Assembly: GCA_023253435.1 (NCBI GenBank)
Contig: JALRGJ010000001.1
Span: 1 to 36,543, forward strand
From: Ilumatobacteraceae bacterium
GTDB lineage: Bacteria; Actinomycetota; Acidimicrobiia; Acidimicrobiales; Ilumatobacteraceae
Direction of reading: 5' to 3'
Length of the DNA stretch: 36,543 nt
Of the stretch, positions 9,483 to 18,691 are shown piece by piece; position 1 is the stretch's first letter, and each line of letters starts with the position of its first letter. The translations under genes and the position numbers were made by a program. The notes beneath the pieces were generated by a model. That model was not told the origin of the DNA. It saw only the letters and a program-made list of their open reading frames with translations, and did no database searches.

Positions 9483-9633
9483 ACATCCTGTGTATGAGGT
9501 GAAGCCAGTAGCGAAAGAGAAACAAGACTGCATGTCTTGTGGTTCACCTTTTGCAACTCCATGGAGCACAACGGATGGCAAGGCATGGTTGTGCAGAGAA
9601 TGTGCCAACCTTCATGGCTTGGGTTGCCCGTAA
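9472..9633 (+). CDS. Putative small zinc-ribbon protein (53 aa). It is not in the ORF track because it is under 60 aa.
   Basis: My translation is MSDEHPVYEVKPVAKEKQDCMSCGSPFATPWSTTDGKAWLCRECANLHGLGCP*. It has two CxxC pairs 17 residues apart. The ORF fills an otherwise empty 154-bp gap and overlaps the upstream stop by 11 nt. I see no clear SD. Confidence 0.3.
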   Translation: MSDEHPVYEVKPVAKEKQDCMSCGSPFATPWSTTDGKAWLCRECANLHGLGCP

Positions 9634-9636
9634 GTT

Positions 9637-10506
9637 TTAACGTCTGCGAGGCCTGGCAGCGGGCATCCAATTTTCACCAGCTGTCTGATTGATGTGCTCA
9701 ACAAAACGTTCACCAACCGGTTGAATGAGAGAGACAAATTTTTCAGTGTTGTCTTTTCCAAATAGTTGCCAGGGAATCTGTGATAGCTGGTCGGTACGGT
9801 CCTCAAGTAACTGTCTGTAGGCAATACCTGCGTCGTTCACTACTCCATCCGTCACGAACCCTCTGTCAGCAAGAGATTTCAATCCTCTCTCAATTTCAGC
9901 ATCATCGGCGCCACGGCTTCTCGGAATCCATTCTTTCGGGTATCCCATCCATGCATCGTGCAACAGTCCTGCTTCAACTATTCCAATGTTGTCGTTCACC
10001 AATATTGCAAAATGTGTATCACCACGCCATTCTCGAATTGTGTTGATGGCGTTCCAAGATGAGAGAGTCGGGTGCATGGGACGCGGCCATGATTTGTGTG
10101 CTGCAAACAAAACACGGCCACCTTGTGGCAATTCGTCCACCACCTTCCATAAGTCGGTTGATAGTTCTCCCAAGGGTTCGATTATCTCGGGGGCTAAGTT
10201 CTGTAGACCCACCAGCACCGCAGCATCACGCGCTTCGGTCACTTCATGCCAATTTTTTATATGTGGAGCAGCGTGGTTCACAGCAAAATGAACGAACTCG
10301 CGTTTGATTGTGTAAAACGCCGCAGTTACCGCTTCTGCGCCAGCACTTGCTAGCGGTGCCCCCCTATTAGTGATGTAGTGACCTAGTCCATCGGGAACTC
10401 CCAGTTGAGAAAGATGGTGTTTTGCCAATGGGTCCCAAAAGATCCAACCAATTAATTGATGAGATGCAAGTGATGCATTTCGAGTGAGAGCCATCCAGTC
10501 AGTCAT
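9637..10506 (-). CDS. Conserved hypothetical protein, SCO6745-like (function unknown)
   Basis: 289 aa. The N-terminal pattern FWDP...GHYITNRGAPLASAGAEAVTAAFYTI matches my recollection of the actinobacterial SCO6745 family. There is no catalytic motif I can name. Confidence 0.55.
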   Translation of the reverse strand: MTDWMALTRNASLASHQLIGWIFWDPLAKHHLSQLGVPDGLGHYITNRGAPLASAGAEAVTAAFYTIKREFVHFAVNHAAPHIKNWHEVTEARDAAVLVGLQNLAPEIIEPLGELSTDLWKVVDELPQGGRVLFAAHKSWPRPMHPTLSSWNAINTIREWRGDTHFAILVNDNIGIVEAGLLHDAWMGYPKEWIPRSRGADDAEIERGLKSLADRGFVTDGVVNDAGIAYRQLLEDRTDQLSQIPWQLFGKDNTEKFVSLIQPVGERFVEHINQTAGENWMPAARPRRR

Positions 10507-10538
10507 ATGCCCAAACTACTTTCGACTGTTGTGGAGAA

Positions 10539-11381
10539 TTACGAGTACAGAATGTTCGCATCACCCACTAAGTCTGTGAGTGAGTTGTGAATATGGTCTG
10601 TCCCGTGTTCTGCAACATCGTCAAATCTGCTGAGATACGTAATAGAAACGCAACCCTCTTCAATGGCTCCACCATCCGTATGTGAAGGCATAGAAACTGG
10701 TTCTCCATATTCCATGCGTACGTAGTAGGAGCCGTCGTAACCTTCTTTTGGTTCCATCTGTGCGTTCATCATGGAGCGTGGTGCAATTAGACCTATGTTT
10801 GTGCGTCTCCAGCCTTTGATGTCTTCTATCTCTGTATTGGGAACATTTACATTGATGGTAAGAACTTCTTCTGGTTGATTTGTCATCCATGCACCTACCA
10901 CCGATGATGCAACGGTTGCCGCAGTGTCCCACTTCTGACCTTTCACTGCGTCGTCCCAACCTTGGCCTTCTACTCCGAATCCCGTGACTGCTTGGCTGAC
11001 GGCAATTCCCGTGACTCCACCATTACGCGCAGTAATTGCAGCTCCCACTGTTCCGGAGTGATACACAGAGCGACCAACATTGGCTCCAGGGTTTATTCCG
11101 GCAACAACTAAATCAAAAGGATCTCCATACAAACCAAAGCGAGCAAAATACACACATAGTGCAGGTGGACCACTGACAGCCCATGAAGTATCAATTCCTT
11201 CAACATGTCGTTTATGAATCTCTGGCTGAATCAAATGCAAAGCTCCAATCGCAGCTCCCGCACCGGAGTACTCCTGATCTGGTGCTGCAATCACGACTTC
11301 ACCAAATGAGCGCATTGCTCGGGCAAGTACGTGAAGGCCTACTGAATCAATACCGTCATCGTTGGTTACCAGGATTCTCAT
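10539..11381 (-). CDS. surE: 5'/3'-nucleotidase SurE
   Basis: It has the canonical N-terminus MRILVTNDDGIDS and GINPGANVG. Confidence 0.9.
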   Translation of the reverse strand: MRILVTNDDGIDSVGLHVLARAMRSFGEVVIAAPDQEYSGAGAAIGALHLIQPEIHKRHVEGIDTSWAVSGPPALCVYFARFGLYGDPFDLVVAGINPGANVGRSVYHSGTVGAAITARNGGVTGIAVSQAVTGFGVEGQGWDDAVKGQKWDTAATVASSVVGAWMTNQPEEVLTINVNVPNTEIEDIKGWRRTNIGLIAPRSMMNAQMEPKEGYDGSYYVRMEYGEPVSMPSHTDGGAIEEGCVSITYLSRFDDVAEHGTDHIHNSLTDLVGDANILYS

Positions 11382-11514
11382 GCCTCTTTTCTAGCCTCCA
11401 CTTGGGAAAACTAAGTAGCCAGAGGATGTATGCCAGGTAAAGCCTTCGCTTATTTCATACTGGTAATGCAGTGATACTTTGCCCACAGGAACAAAACACA
11501 TATTGAGGTCCAAC

Positions 11515-13305
11515 ATGTCTTCGGAACTTCCCTTTGATCCCGATGAATTGCGTAACAAATACCGTGCTGAACGCGACAAGCGATTGCGTGCAGATGGCAA
11601 CGAACAATATGTAGAGATTGCGGGAGAGTTTGCTCATTTTCTTGATGACCCATACTGCAATCCTGAAGATCGAGCTCCATATTTAGGAGAAACAGACGTA
11701 GCAATTATTGGTGGTGGTTTTGGTGGACTCCTCATGGGAGCACGACTGAGAGAAAAAGGCATCGGAAATTTCAAAATCATTGAAAAGGGCGGCGACTTTG
11801 GAGGTACTTGGTATTGGAACCGGTACCCAGGTGCTGCATGTGATGTTGAGTCCTACATCTACCTTCCTCTTCTAGAAGAGATGGGCTTCATGCCTGCCTC
11901 TAAGTACACACCTGCTCCAGAAATCCTCGAGCATTGCCGTCGAATTGGCAATCACTTTGATTTATATCCACGGGCGATGTTTCAGACTGAAGTGAAAGAC
12001 ATGGCGTGGGATGAATCCGACAAACGTTGGGTAATCACCACCAATAAAGGTGACTCTGTTCGGGCACGTTTTGTGTGTATGGCAAATGGTCCACTTCATA
12101 GACCAAAACTTCCTGGTATCCCGGGTGTGGGCACTTTTGAGGGCCACTCATTCCACACAAGTAGATGGGACTATGACTACACCGGTGGAACAAGCGAAGG
12201 TGATCTCACCGGTCTTGCTGACAAAGTGGTGGGCATTATCGGTACTGGTGCCACTGCGGTGCAATGTGTTCCTCATCTGGGTGCGGGAGCAAAACATTTG
12301 TATGTGTTCCAACGCACACCTTCTTCTATTGATGTTCGTAACAACACCCCCACAGATCCTGAATGGGTAGCCTCCTTGCAGCCCGGTTGGCAGCGTCGGC
12401 GTTTAGAGAACTTCACCAATCTCACGTCAGGTGCGTTTGACACAGAAGATCTTGTCAATGATGGTTGGACGGAGATTGTAGGAAACCTACTATTGCGAGC
12501 TCGAAAAGAGGGAGGCTTGGGTACCGACCCAAGTGAGATTGGCCAAATTGTTGAGATCGCAGACTTTGAGAAGATGGAACAAATACGTTCCCGAGTAGAC
12601 GCAGTGATATCGGATCCAAATACTGCCGAAGCTTTAAAACCTTGGTACCGACAATTCTGTAAACGTCCTTGTTTCCACGATGATTATTTGCCAACTTTCA
12701 ATAGACCAAACGTCACCTTGGTGGATACTGAAGGAAAGGGAGTTGATGCAATTACTCCCAAGGGAGTGGTGGCAAATGGAGTTGAGTATGAACTTGACTG
12801 CCTGATCTATGCCACTGGTTTTGAAGTAGGTACCGATTACACACGTCGATCTGGTTATGAAGTAACAGGTAGGGGTGGAAGAACTCTCACTGATAAGTGG
12901 AAAGACGGCGTCTCTACGTATCACGGTTTTTATAGCCGGGATTTTCCCAACTGTTTCATCATCAGTATTGCGCAATCAGGTGTATCTGTGAATTTTCCAC
13001 ACATGCTTAATGAGCAGGCAATTCATCTCTCTCATGTTTTACAACATGTTTTGGAAAACAACATCACCCTCGTGGAGACCACCGAAGAAGCCGAACGAGA
13101 TTGGGTGCAAACAATTATTGAAAACTCAACAATGAATCTTCGTTATCTCGAGGCTTGCACTCCTGGTTATTACAACAATGAGGGCCGACCATTAGAGCGA
13201 GCAGCTCAAAATGGAGGATACGGAAAAGGGCCCGTCAATTTTGTTCGTATGTTGGAAGCGTGGCGAGAAGCCGGAGATTTTGCGGGACTCGAGTTCTCTT
13301 CATAA
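11515..13305 (+). CDS. Baeyer-Villiger type flavin-containing monooxygenase (NADPH-dependent)
   Basis: It has the FAD GxGxxG motif IIGGGFGGL, GGTWYWNRYPGAACD, the BVMO fingerprint FEGHSFHTSRWD (FxGxxxHxxxW[P/D]), and the NADP GxGxxA motif GIIGTGATAVQ. The start is moved to the ATG at 11515 (MSSELPFDPDELR), which has GAGG 6 nt upstream. The track start at 11479 is a TTG. Confidence 0.9.
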   Translation: MSSELPFDPDELRNKYRAERDKRLRADGNEQYVEIAGEFAHFLDDPYCNPEDRAPYLGETDVAIIGGGFGGLLMGARLREKGIGNFKIIEKGGDFGGTWYWNRYPGAACDVESYIYLPLLEEMGFMPASKYTPAPEILEHCRRIGNHFDLYPRAMFQTEVKDMAWDESDKRWVITTNKGDSVRARFVCMANGPLHRPKLPGIPGVGTFEGHSFHTSRWDYDYTGGTSEGDLTGLADKVVGIIGTGATAVQCVPHLGAGAKHLYVFQRTPSSIDVRNNTPTDPEWVASLQPGWQRRRLENFTNLTSGAFDTEDLVNDGWTEIVGNLLLRARKEGGLGTDPSEIGQIVEIADFEKMEQIRSRVDAVISDPNTAEALKPWYRQFCKRPCFHDDYLPTFNRPNVTLVDTEGKGVDAITPKGVVANGVEYELDCLIYATGFEVGTDYTRRSGYEVTGRGGRTLTDKWKDGVSTYHGFYSRDFPNCFIISIAQSGVSVNFPHMLNEQAIHLSHVLQHVLENNITLVETTEEAERDWVQTIIENSTMNLRYLEACTPGYYNNEGRPLERAAQNGGYGKGPVNFVRMLEAWREAGDFAGLEFSS

Positions 13306-13334
13306 GGCATAGTTTTTGGTTAATGCTTTGTTGA

Positions 13335-14135
13335 TTAACCAGAAATGTTTCGCTTATCAAAAAAATAAAATGTTGTTAATGCGCAGATCATTGATATTGC
13401 AGCAGTAGTCATCATCTTTGCCCAATCAAAGCCATCGAAGAGTGGTGTTGTGCCAATTGTCCAATCAAACATATTGATGGGCATAGTCGCATCAAGAAAA
13501 TCTACGAGGGGGGCAAGTGAATACACCAGAAAGCTTCCTATTGCGAACGCCATCGATAATCCGAGTGCTGATGCACGCGCACCAGTAATCGATCCGATAA
13601 GTGATGCTAAGGACATTGCGAGGGTACCAAGTAGGAAAAGACACGTACCACCGGCCAAAAACTTTGAGACAGAAATTGACATGCCTAACAATCGTGCCCC
13701 AATGATGGTGGTAGTCAGAAAACTTGTCGTAGTGATCAGCATCACAGTCAGGGAAGCTCCGAAACGGGAAACCAAATAACTTGCGCGTGAGATTGGTAGC
13801 GCGATCGCTATATCGGCAAATCCTGATTCTTCATCTTCAGTGGTGACTCGAGCACCCCATGAACAGCCGAGGCCAATAAATATGAACGGCACGACAAATG
13901 ACATCAATTCCGTTGTTAAGTAACCAGTTTCTGAGGTGTAGTCGTTGATGCGAATTATTTCTTTAAATGCATCAGGAAAAGCATCTATGAGTGAGGACCA
14001 GTCGGAGGATGATGAACGAATAGTGGGGTACACAGACAATTGAATAACAACAATTGCGGCTACTCCAAGTGCCCAACCGACAATCCCACGTAGATGATCC
14101 GTCATTGATTTGCTTAATAGTGCTTTATGAAACAT
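13335..14135 (-). CDS. ABC-2 type transporter permease
   Basis: A multi-pass hydrophobic protein directly downstream of the ABC ATPase. The start is chosen at the ATG at 14135 (MFHKALL...), with GGAG 6 nt upstream, giving an 11-nt overlap with the ATPase gene. The alternative ATG at 14105 has no SD. Confidence 0.75.
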   Translation of the reverse strand: MFHKALLSKSMTDHLRGIVGWALGVAAIVVIQLSVYPTIRSSSSDWSSLIDAFPDAFKEIIRINDYTSETGYLTTELMSFVVPFIFIGLGCSWGARVTTEDEESGFADIAIALPISRASYLVSRFGASLTVMLITTTSFLTTTIIGARLLGMSISVSKFLAGGTCLFLLGTLAMSLASLIGSITGARASALGLSMAFAIGSFLVYSLAPLVDFLDATMPINMFDWTIGTTPLFDGFDWAKMMTTAAISMICALTTFYFFDKRNISG

Positions 14136-15027
14136 CTTGGACTCCAGTTTCTGAAATGAAGATGTCCTCAAGGCTTGGTGCCGCCGCAGTTATATCTTGA
14201 GCGTTCAATTTTGCTGCTACGGCAAGTGCAGGAGCTACTGCGCCAACAACTGTGCACACAATGGAGTCATTAACTGACGTGACACTTTGGATTCCAGGAA
14301 TCACCTGGAAATCTTGTATTGGTACAGGTGAATTAAATTCAAAGGTCAAGGTATGAGCCATTCGATCCTTTAGTGAATGCACCGAGTCAACAAGCAAGAG
14401 TGAACCCTTATTCAAAATCGCTACTCGTTCTGCCGAAGTTTCCACCTCATGCATTACGTGTGATGAAAGAAGTACCGCGGCACCTCTGTTTCGCGTTTCT
14501 TGGAGAAGCTCTTCAAAATCTCTTTGCACTATTGGGTCTAATCCTGATGTTGGCTCATCAAGAATCAACACATTGGGTTTGTGCATGAACGCCTGAACTA
14601 CACCCACTTTTTGCTTGGTCCCCTTGGAGAGGGAACCAATTTTTCTGGAGGGATCAAGATTGAATCGATCAATTAATTGAGATAGGTACACAGGATCTAA
14701 GTTGCCGCGCATACTTCCGCAAAAATGAAGCAACTCATGCACGGTTGATCGGTGAGGTAAACGTAGCGTTCCGGGCAGGTAACCCACTGAAGAGCGCGAG
14801 GTGCCATCGCGAAGACGTACGTCGATTCCATTAATGAATGCCTCGCCACTGCTGATTTTGATGAGACCCATAAGCATTCGCATCACTGTGGTCTTGCCAG
14901 AACCATTTGGTCCGAGAAAGCCCATGACTTCTCCCGGATGCACATCAAAAGTGATGCCCTCTACTGCGCGTTTTTCGTTGTAGTGCTTAGTTAATGCACG
15001 AATTGTAATAGGAAGTGATGCGCTCAT
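14125..15027 (-). CDS. ABC transporter ATP-binding protein
   Basis: It has Walker A GPNGSGKTT, the signature LSKGTKQKV, Walker B VLILDEPTSGLD and the H-loop SSHVM. Confidence 0.92.
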   Translation of the reverse strand: MSASLPITIRALTKHYNEKRAVEGITFDVHPGEVMGFLGPNGSGKTTVMRMLMGLIKISSGEAFINGIDVRLRDGTSRSSVGYLPGTLRLPHRSTVHELLHFCGSMRGNLDPVYLSQLIDRFNLDPSRKIGSLSKGTKQKVGVVQAFMHKPNVLILDEPTSGLDPIVQRDFEELLQETRNRGAAVLLSSHVMHEVETSAERVAILNKGSLLLVDSVHSLKDRMAHTLTFEFNSPVPIQDFQVIPGIQSVTSVNDSIVCTVVGAVAPALAVAAKLNAQDITAAAPSLEDIFISETGVQDVS

Positions 15028-15048
15028 CAGTTTCAGCGTAGGGCTGAG

Positions 15049-17445
15049 TTACTGATGGTGATGAGTACGCGTGTACTTCAATCTGCTGACAAGTTCTATT
15101 GCTGCTCCACCACATGCACCAATGATGGCGGACTGGATTAATAGCTCTAGAGGCAAATTGAAATTAAAGAATTCTCTTGCGAATGGAACTTGGAATGCCG
15201 CTACCGCAAGTCCAATCATTGAACTGATTAGGGCAAGTTTCCACGTACGCAATGGTCGAGCAAGAACAACGAGAATTGTGAAGAATGCAATGAGCACGGC
15301 AAGCGTTGCTCCAGATCCAACTCTCCAACAATCAGTGTTTACAACAGTGTCTACAGATTTCACAACACTGCATTTCACGCCATCGGCTGCAGACCATTTA
15401 CCGCGTGCAGCAAAATCTGCAACCACCACGGTGAGACCGGAAATAGCTCCCGCAGGAACTGCAAATCTGACAATGCGTTCAAAGAAGCCGGGGGTGTATC
15501 GCTTTGTGTTTGGCCCGAGGGCAAGAACAAATGCAGGGATACCAATTGTGATGGAAGACAACAGAGTCAGGTGGCGGGGTAACAGTGGGAACGGGGTACT
15601 AATCAGTGCCGCGCTAAGAATGGCCACAAAACTCATGACGTTCTTGGCAAGAAAGAGGTTTGCAACACGCTCAACGTTTCCAATGACTCGTCTTCCTTCA
15701 GCCAGCACAGAAGGGAGATGAGCGAATTTGCCATCAAGCAAAATGAGTTGTGCGACCGCCTTGGTAGCTGGAGCACCGTTATCCATAGCGATTCCGATAT
15801 CCGCTTTTTTCAAAGCAAGGGCATCGTTCACTCCGTCACCGGTCATTGCAACTACTTCGCCATGTTCTTGAAGTGCTTGCACAATTGAACGCTTTTGCTC
15901 GGGAGATACTCGACCAAAGATTGTTCCGCTGAGAACAGTCTCGCGTAGCTCCTCTGGAGTGGATCCAAGAGTTCTTGCATCAATTGGTTCACCAACATCT
16001 ATTCCGACTCGTTTTGCGATAGCCCCAACAGTTTGTGGGTTGTCGCCTGAGATGATCATGACGCGCACATCTTGTTCTGCAAAATAAGAAAGGGTTTCGG
16101 CTGCATCAAGGCGTATGTCTTCACTCAGTACAACGAGAGCAACTGGGAATAACTGGCCTGGTTTATCGTGACCTTGCAAGGGGAGTGGTGAATGACAAAC
16201 CGCCAAGACTCTTCTGCCAGTAGATGCAAGTTCATTAACTCTGTTTAAGTGATTGCTCCCCGACGCAAGCAGCATTTCGGGTGCACCAAGTAGCCATGTT
16301 CCGTGATCTTCAAACTGAGTTGCTTTCCATTTCCTTGATGAGTCAAAAGGTATAGAGGCTGTATGTACCCAGTTTGTGGTGTTTGGGATTGCGGCTCCAA
16401 CAGTAGAGAGAGTTGCATTGGCACTTGGGTCATTGGCAAGTTCACCCAACGCTGCACGGATCTCATTCTCAGGAAGAGATCCCAAGAGTTCAATTCCTTC
16501 AAAGATCATTGCTCCGGTAGTGAGCGTGCCGGTTTTGTCGAGACATACAACACTTACCCGAGCTAAGCCTTCAACAGCAGGAAGTTCTTGTACTAATACC
16601 TGTTGACGAGTGAGTTGAACTGCGGCAGTGAGAAAAGCCAATGTTGTGAGTAAGACAAGACCTTCAGGAACGAGTCCAACTACGCCAGCGGACGCCTTGA
16701 TAACCGCATCACGCCATGAATCGGAATCATTATTTTGAAATTGAGACCACAGTTGTAAAGGCACCGCAATAACAATTGCCCACGTGATGTAGCGCAGCAT
16801 TCTGTCGATTGAAGAGTGAATTTCCGATTTTACTCGGGTAAAAATCTTTGCTTCAGCTGCAATGCGATGCGCATATGCCTCTTGTCCTACTGATTCAGCT
16901 ATGAACTTTCCTGAGCCTGCAGTAACGATGGTTCCTGAGAGCACGGAATCGCCATCTTGTTTCACAACTGCGTCATTCTCGCCAGTGAGATTTGCTTCGT
17001 TTATTTCTAGATCTCTGCTCTCTACAAGTTGACCATCAGCTGGTACCTGATCTCCTGCGCGAAGTGCAACGAGATCATCCTTGACAACTTGTGAAGTGAG
17101 AATCTCAACAAGGTTTCCCTCCCGAATCACAGTGGTGGTTGGGGAGTGCAGCAGTGCAAGCCCATCGAGTTTTCGTTTGGCGGACCACTCCTGAATAATT
17201 CCGATTGCAGCATTGATGATGACGAGAAATCCAAACATTGCATCTGCCAAAGAACCAGCGATGAGGACAACAACAAAAATTGCTCCAAGAATCGCATTAA
17301 ATCTTGTGAAAATATTTGAGCGAAAGATCTCATTTAAGGAACGGGAACTCGAGGTGTCTACAGCGTTTGTGAGTCCCTCGGAAACTCGCTGTTGAACCTC
17401 TTGAGATGTGAGACCGGTCTGGGCGAGCACACTTAAACGGTACAT
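15049..17445 (-). CDS. P-type cation-transporting ATPase (P2-like, mycobacterial CtpE-like size and architecture)
   Basis: It has the actuator motif LTGENDAV, the TM4 motif PEGL (VPEGLVLL), the phosphorylation site CLDKTGTLT and the hinge MTGDGVNDALALKKADIGIAM. It lacks the CPC motif, so it is not a P1B heavy-metal pump. Confidence 0.92.
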   Translation of the reverse strand: MYRLSVLAQTGLTSQEVQQRVSEGLTNAVDTSSSRSLNEIFRSNIFTRFNAILGAIFVVVLIAGSLADAMFGFLVIINAAIGIIQEWSAKRKLDGLALLHSPTTTVIREGNLVEILTSQVVKDDLVALRAGDQVPADGQLVESRDLEINEANLTGENDAVVKQDGDSVLSGTIVTAGSGKFIAESVGQEAYAHRIAAEAKIFTRVKSEIHSSIDRMLRYITWAIVIAVPLQLWSQFQNNDSDSWRDAVIKASAGVVGLVPEGLVLLTTLAFLTAAVQLTRQQVLVQELPAVEGLARVSVVCLDKTGTLTTGAMIFEGIELLGSLPENEIRAALGELANDPSANATLSTVGAAIPNTTNWVHTASIPFDSSRKWKATQFEDHGTWLLGAPEMLLASGSNHLNRVNELASTGRRVLAVCHSPLPLQGHDKPGQLFPVALVVLSEDIRLDAAETLSYFAEQDVRVMIISGDNPQTVGAIAKRVGIDVGEPIDARTLGSTPEELRETVLSGTIFGRVSPEQKRSIVQALQEHGEVVAMTGDGVNDALALKKADIGIAMDNGAPATKAVAQLILLDGKFAHLPSVLAEGRRVIGNVERVANLFLAKNVMSFVAILSAALISTPFPLLPRHLTLLSSITIGIPAFVLALGPNTKRYTPGFFERIVRFAVPAGAISGLTVVVADFAARGKWSAADGVKCSVVKSVDTVVNTDCWRVGSGATLAVLIAFFTILVVLARPLRTWKLALISSMIGLAVAAFQVPFAREFFNFNLPLELLIQSAIIGACGGAAIELVSRLKYTRTHHHQ

Positions 17446-17564
17446 GGTGGAGACATAGGGATGTATGTCAGTTCGTGTGATTCGTTTGTCGCTTTCGGGG
17501 CTTTTTCAGTTCACTTAGGAACCGGTCCTTCTTATTGTGATCATCGATAAGAGGAGGTGGCTCA

Positions 17565-18566
17565 ATGCGCCGCACAATCATTTCAATAATGTTGCTCGTT
17601 GCCATGGGAGTTGTTGGATTAGGAACAACTTCTCAGGCGGAATCCACATCAAGGGTCCAGAATCACGAGCAGATAGTCAAGTTTTGGACTAAGGCGCGGG
17701 TGGCTAAAGCCGTGTCGCGTGATTTCGTGCGAAATCCAACGACGGGGAAGTATTTGGAGAAAAACAGAAGATTTGATTCCGGATATGTGACCGGTGCTTC
17801 GTGGGAGTCTGGCGGTGAAGTTCAGGGAACCACAGGAAAAGTGTTGTTCTCCATGGGGAGTAGATATTACGTCTGCACAGCCAATGTTGTGGGTGATGGC
17901 GTAGCGGGTCGATCCATAATTTCAACTGCTGCTCACTGTGTCTTTGATGAGGTGAAGGGTGTATTCGCAGACAACTGGATGTTTGTCCCGGACTACGACA
18001 ATCAACCTGTAGCGCTGACGGGCGACGGATCTTTTTGTGATAGCACGCTCTATGGGTGTTGGACTGCTCAAGCAACAATTGTGTCTAACAATTATGCAAC
18101 TGCTGGTTCATTCAATAATCAAGCTGTGCTATCTGACTATGCATTTGTCGCAGTAGAACAAGGTGGGAAATCTCTTACTCACTTAGATGTGGAAGTAGGA
18201 AGTCAGCCCATTGCGTTTGCAGAAGAAGATTTTGAGATCAACATTTGGTCGTTTGGATATCCGGCAGCCAGAAAGTACAAGGGCGCAGATCTCACATACT
18301 GCAATGGTCTTTTGTACTTTGATGTTCGAATGGATTATCAGACCTATCAATTGGGTTGCAACATGACAGGTGGTGCCAGTGGCGGCCCCTGGTTCAAAGA
18401 TTTCTCAAACGAAGGCATAACTGCAGGAGAAGGAACGCAGTTTTCGGTCAATTCATATGGCTACAGCAACTCAAAGAATATGTATGGACCAATTTTTGGA
18501 ACAGAGACTGAATCTATGTTCAACACAGCGCAAACAATGACTGTAAACACGATCTTTGGAAGTTAG
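17565..18566 (+). CDS. Secreted trypsin-like (S1 family) serine peptidase
   Basis: It has a signal peptide (MRRTIISIMLLVAMGVVGLGTTSQA), the catalytic His motif STAAHC and the Ser motif GGASGGPWF. A strong SD (AAGAGGAGG) lies upstream. Confidence 0.85.
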   Translation: MRRTIISIMLLVAMGVVGLGTTSQAESTSRVQNHEQIVKFWTKARVAKAVSRDFVRNPTTGKYLEKNRRFDSGYVTGASWESGGEVQGTTGKVLFSMGSRYYVCTANVVGDGVAGRSIISTAAHCVFDEVKGVFADNWMFVPDYDNQPVALTGDGSFCDSTLYGCWTAQATIVSNNYATAGSFNNQAVLSDYAFVAVEQGGKSLTHLDVEVGSQPIAFAEEDFEINIWSFGYPAARKYKGADLTYCNGLLYFDVRMDYQTYQLGCNMTGGASGGPWFKDFSNEGITAGEGTQFSVNSYGYSNSKNMYGPIFGTETESMFNTAQTMTVNTIFGS

Positions 18567-18691
18567 GCCATTCACATTTGTTAGGGACAAACAATTTATT
18601 TATTTGTTAGCAACATACAAGTACTGATGTTGAGGTGAATCAAAAACTCTTGCACAACTAATTAAAAACTTATGTACTTATCATTAAGTAC

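Noticed and set aside
13318-13340. Hairpin GGTTAAT-N9-ATTAACC between the convergent BVMO and ABC permease genes
   Set aside because: It is an AT-rich 7-bp stem overlapping a stop codon, which is weak support for a bidirectional terminator.
15071-15721. 216-aa plus-strand ORF
   Set aside because: It is antisense to the P-type ATPase, whose motifs are unambiguous. Its Ala/Arg/Thr-rich composition is typical of a shadow frame.
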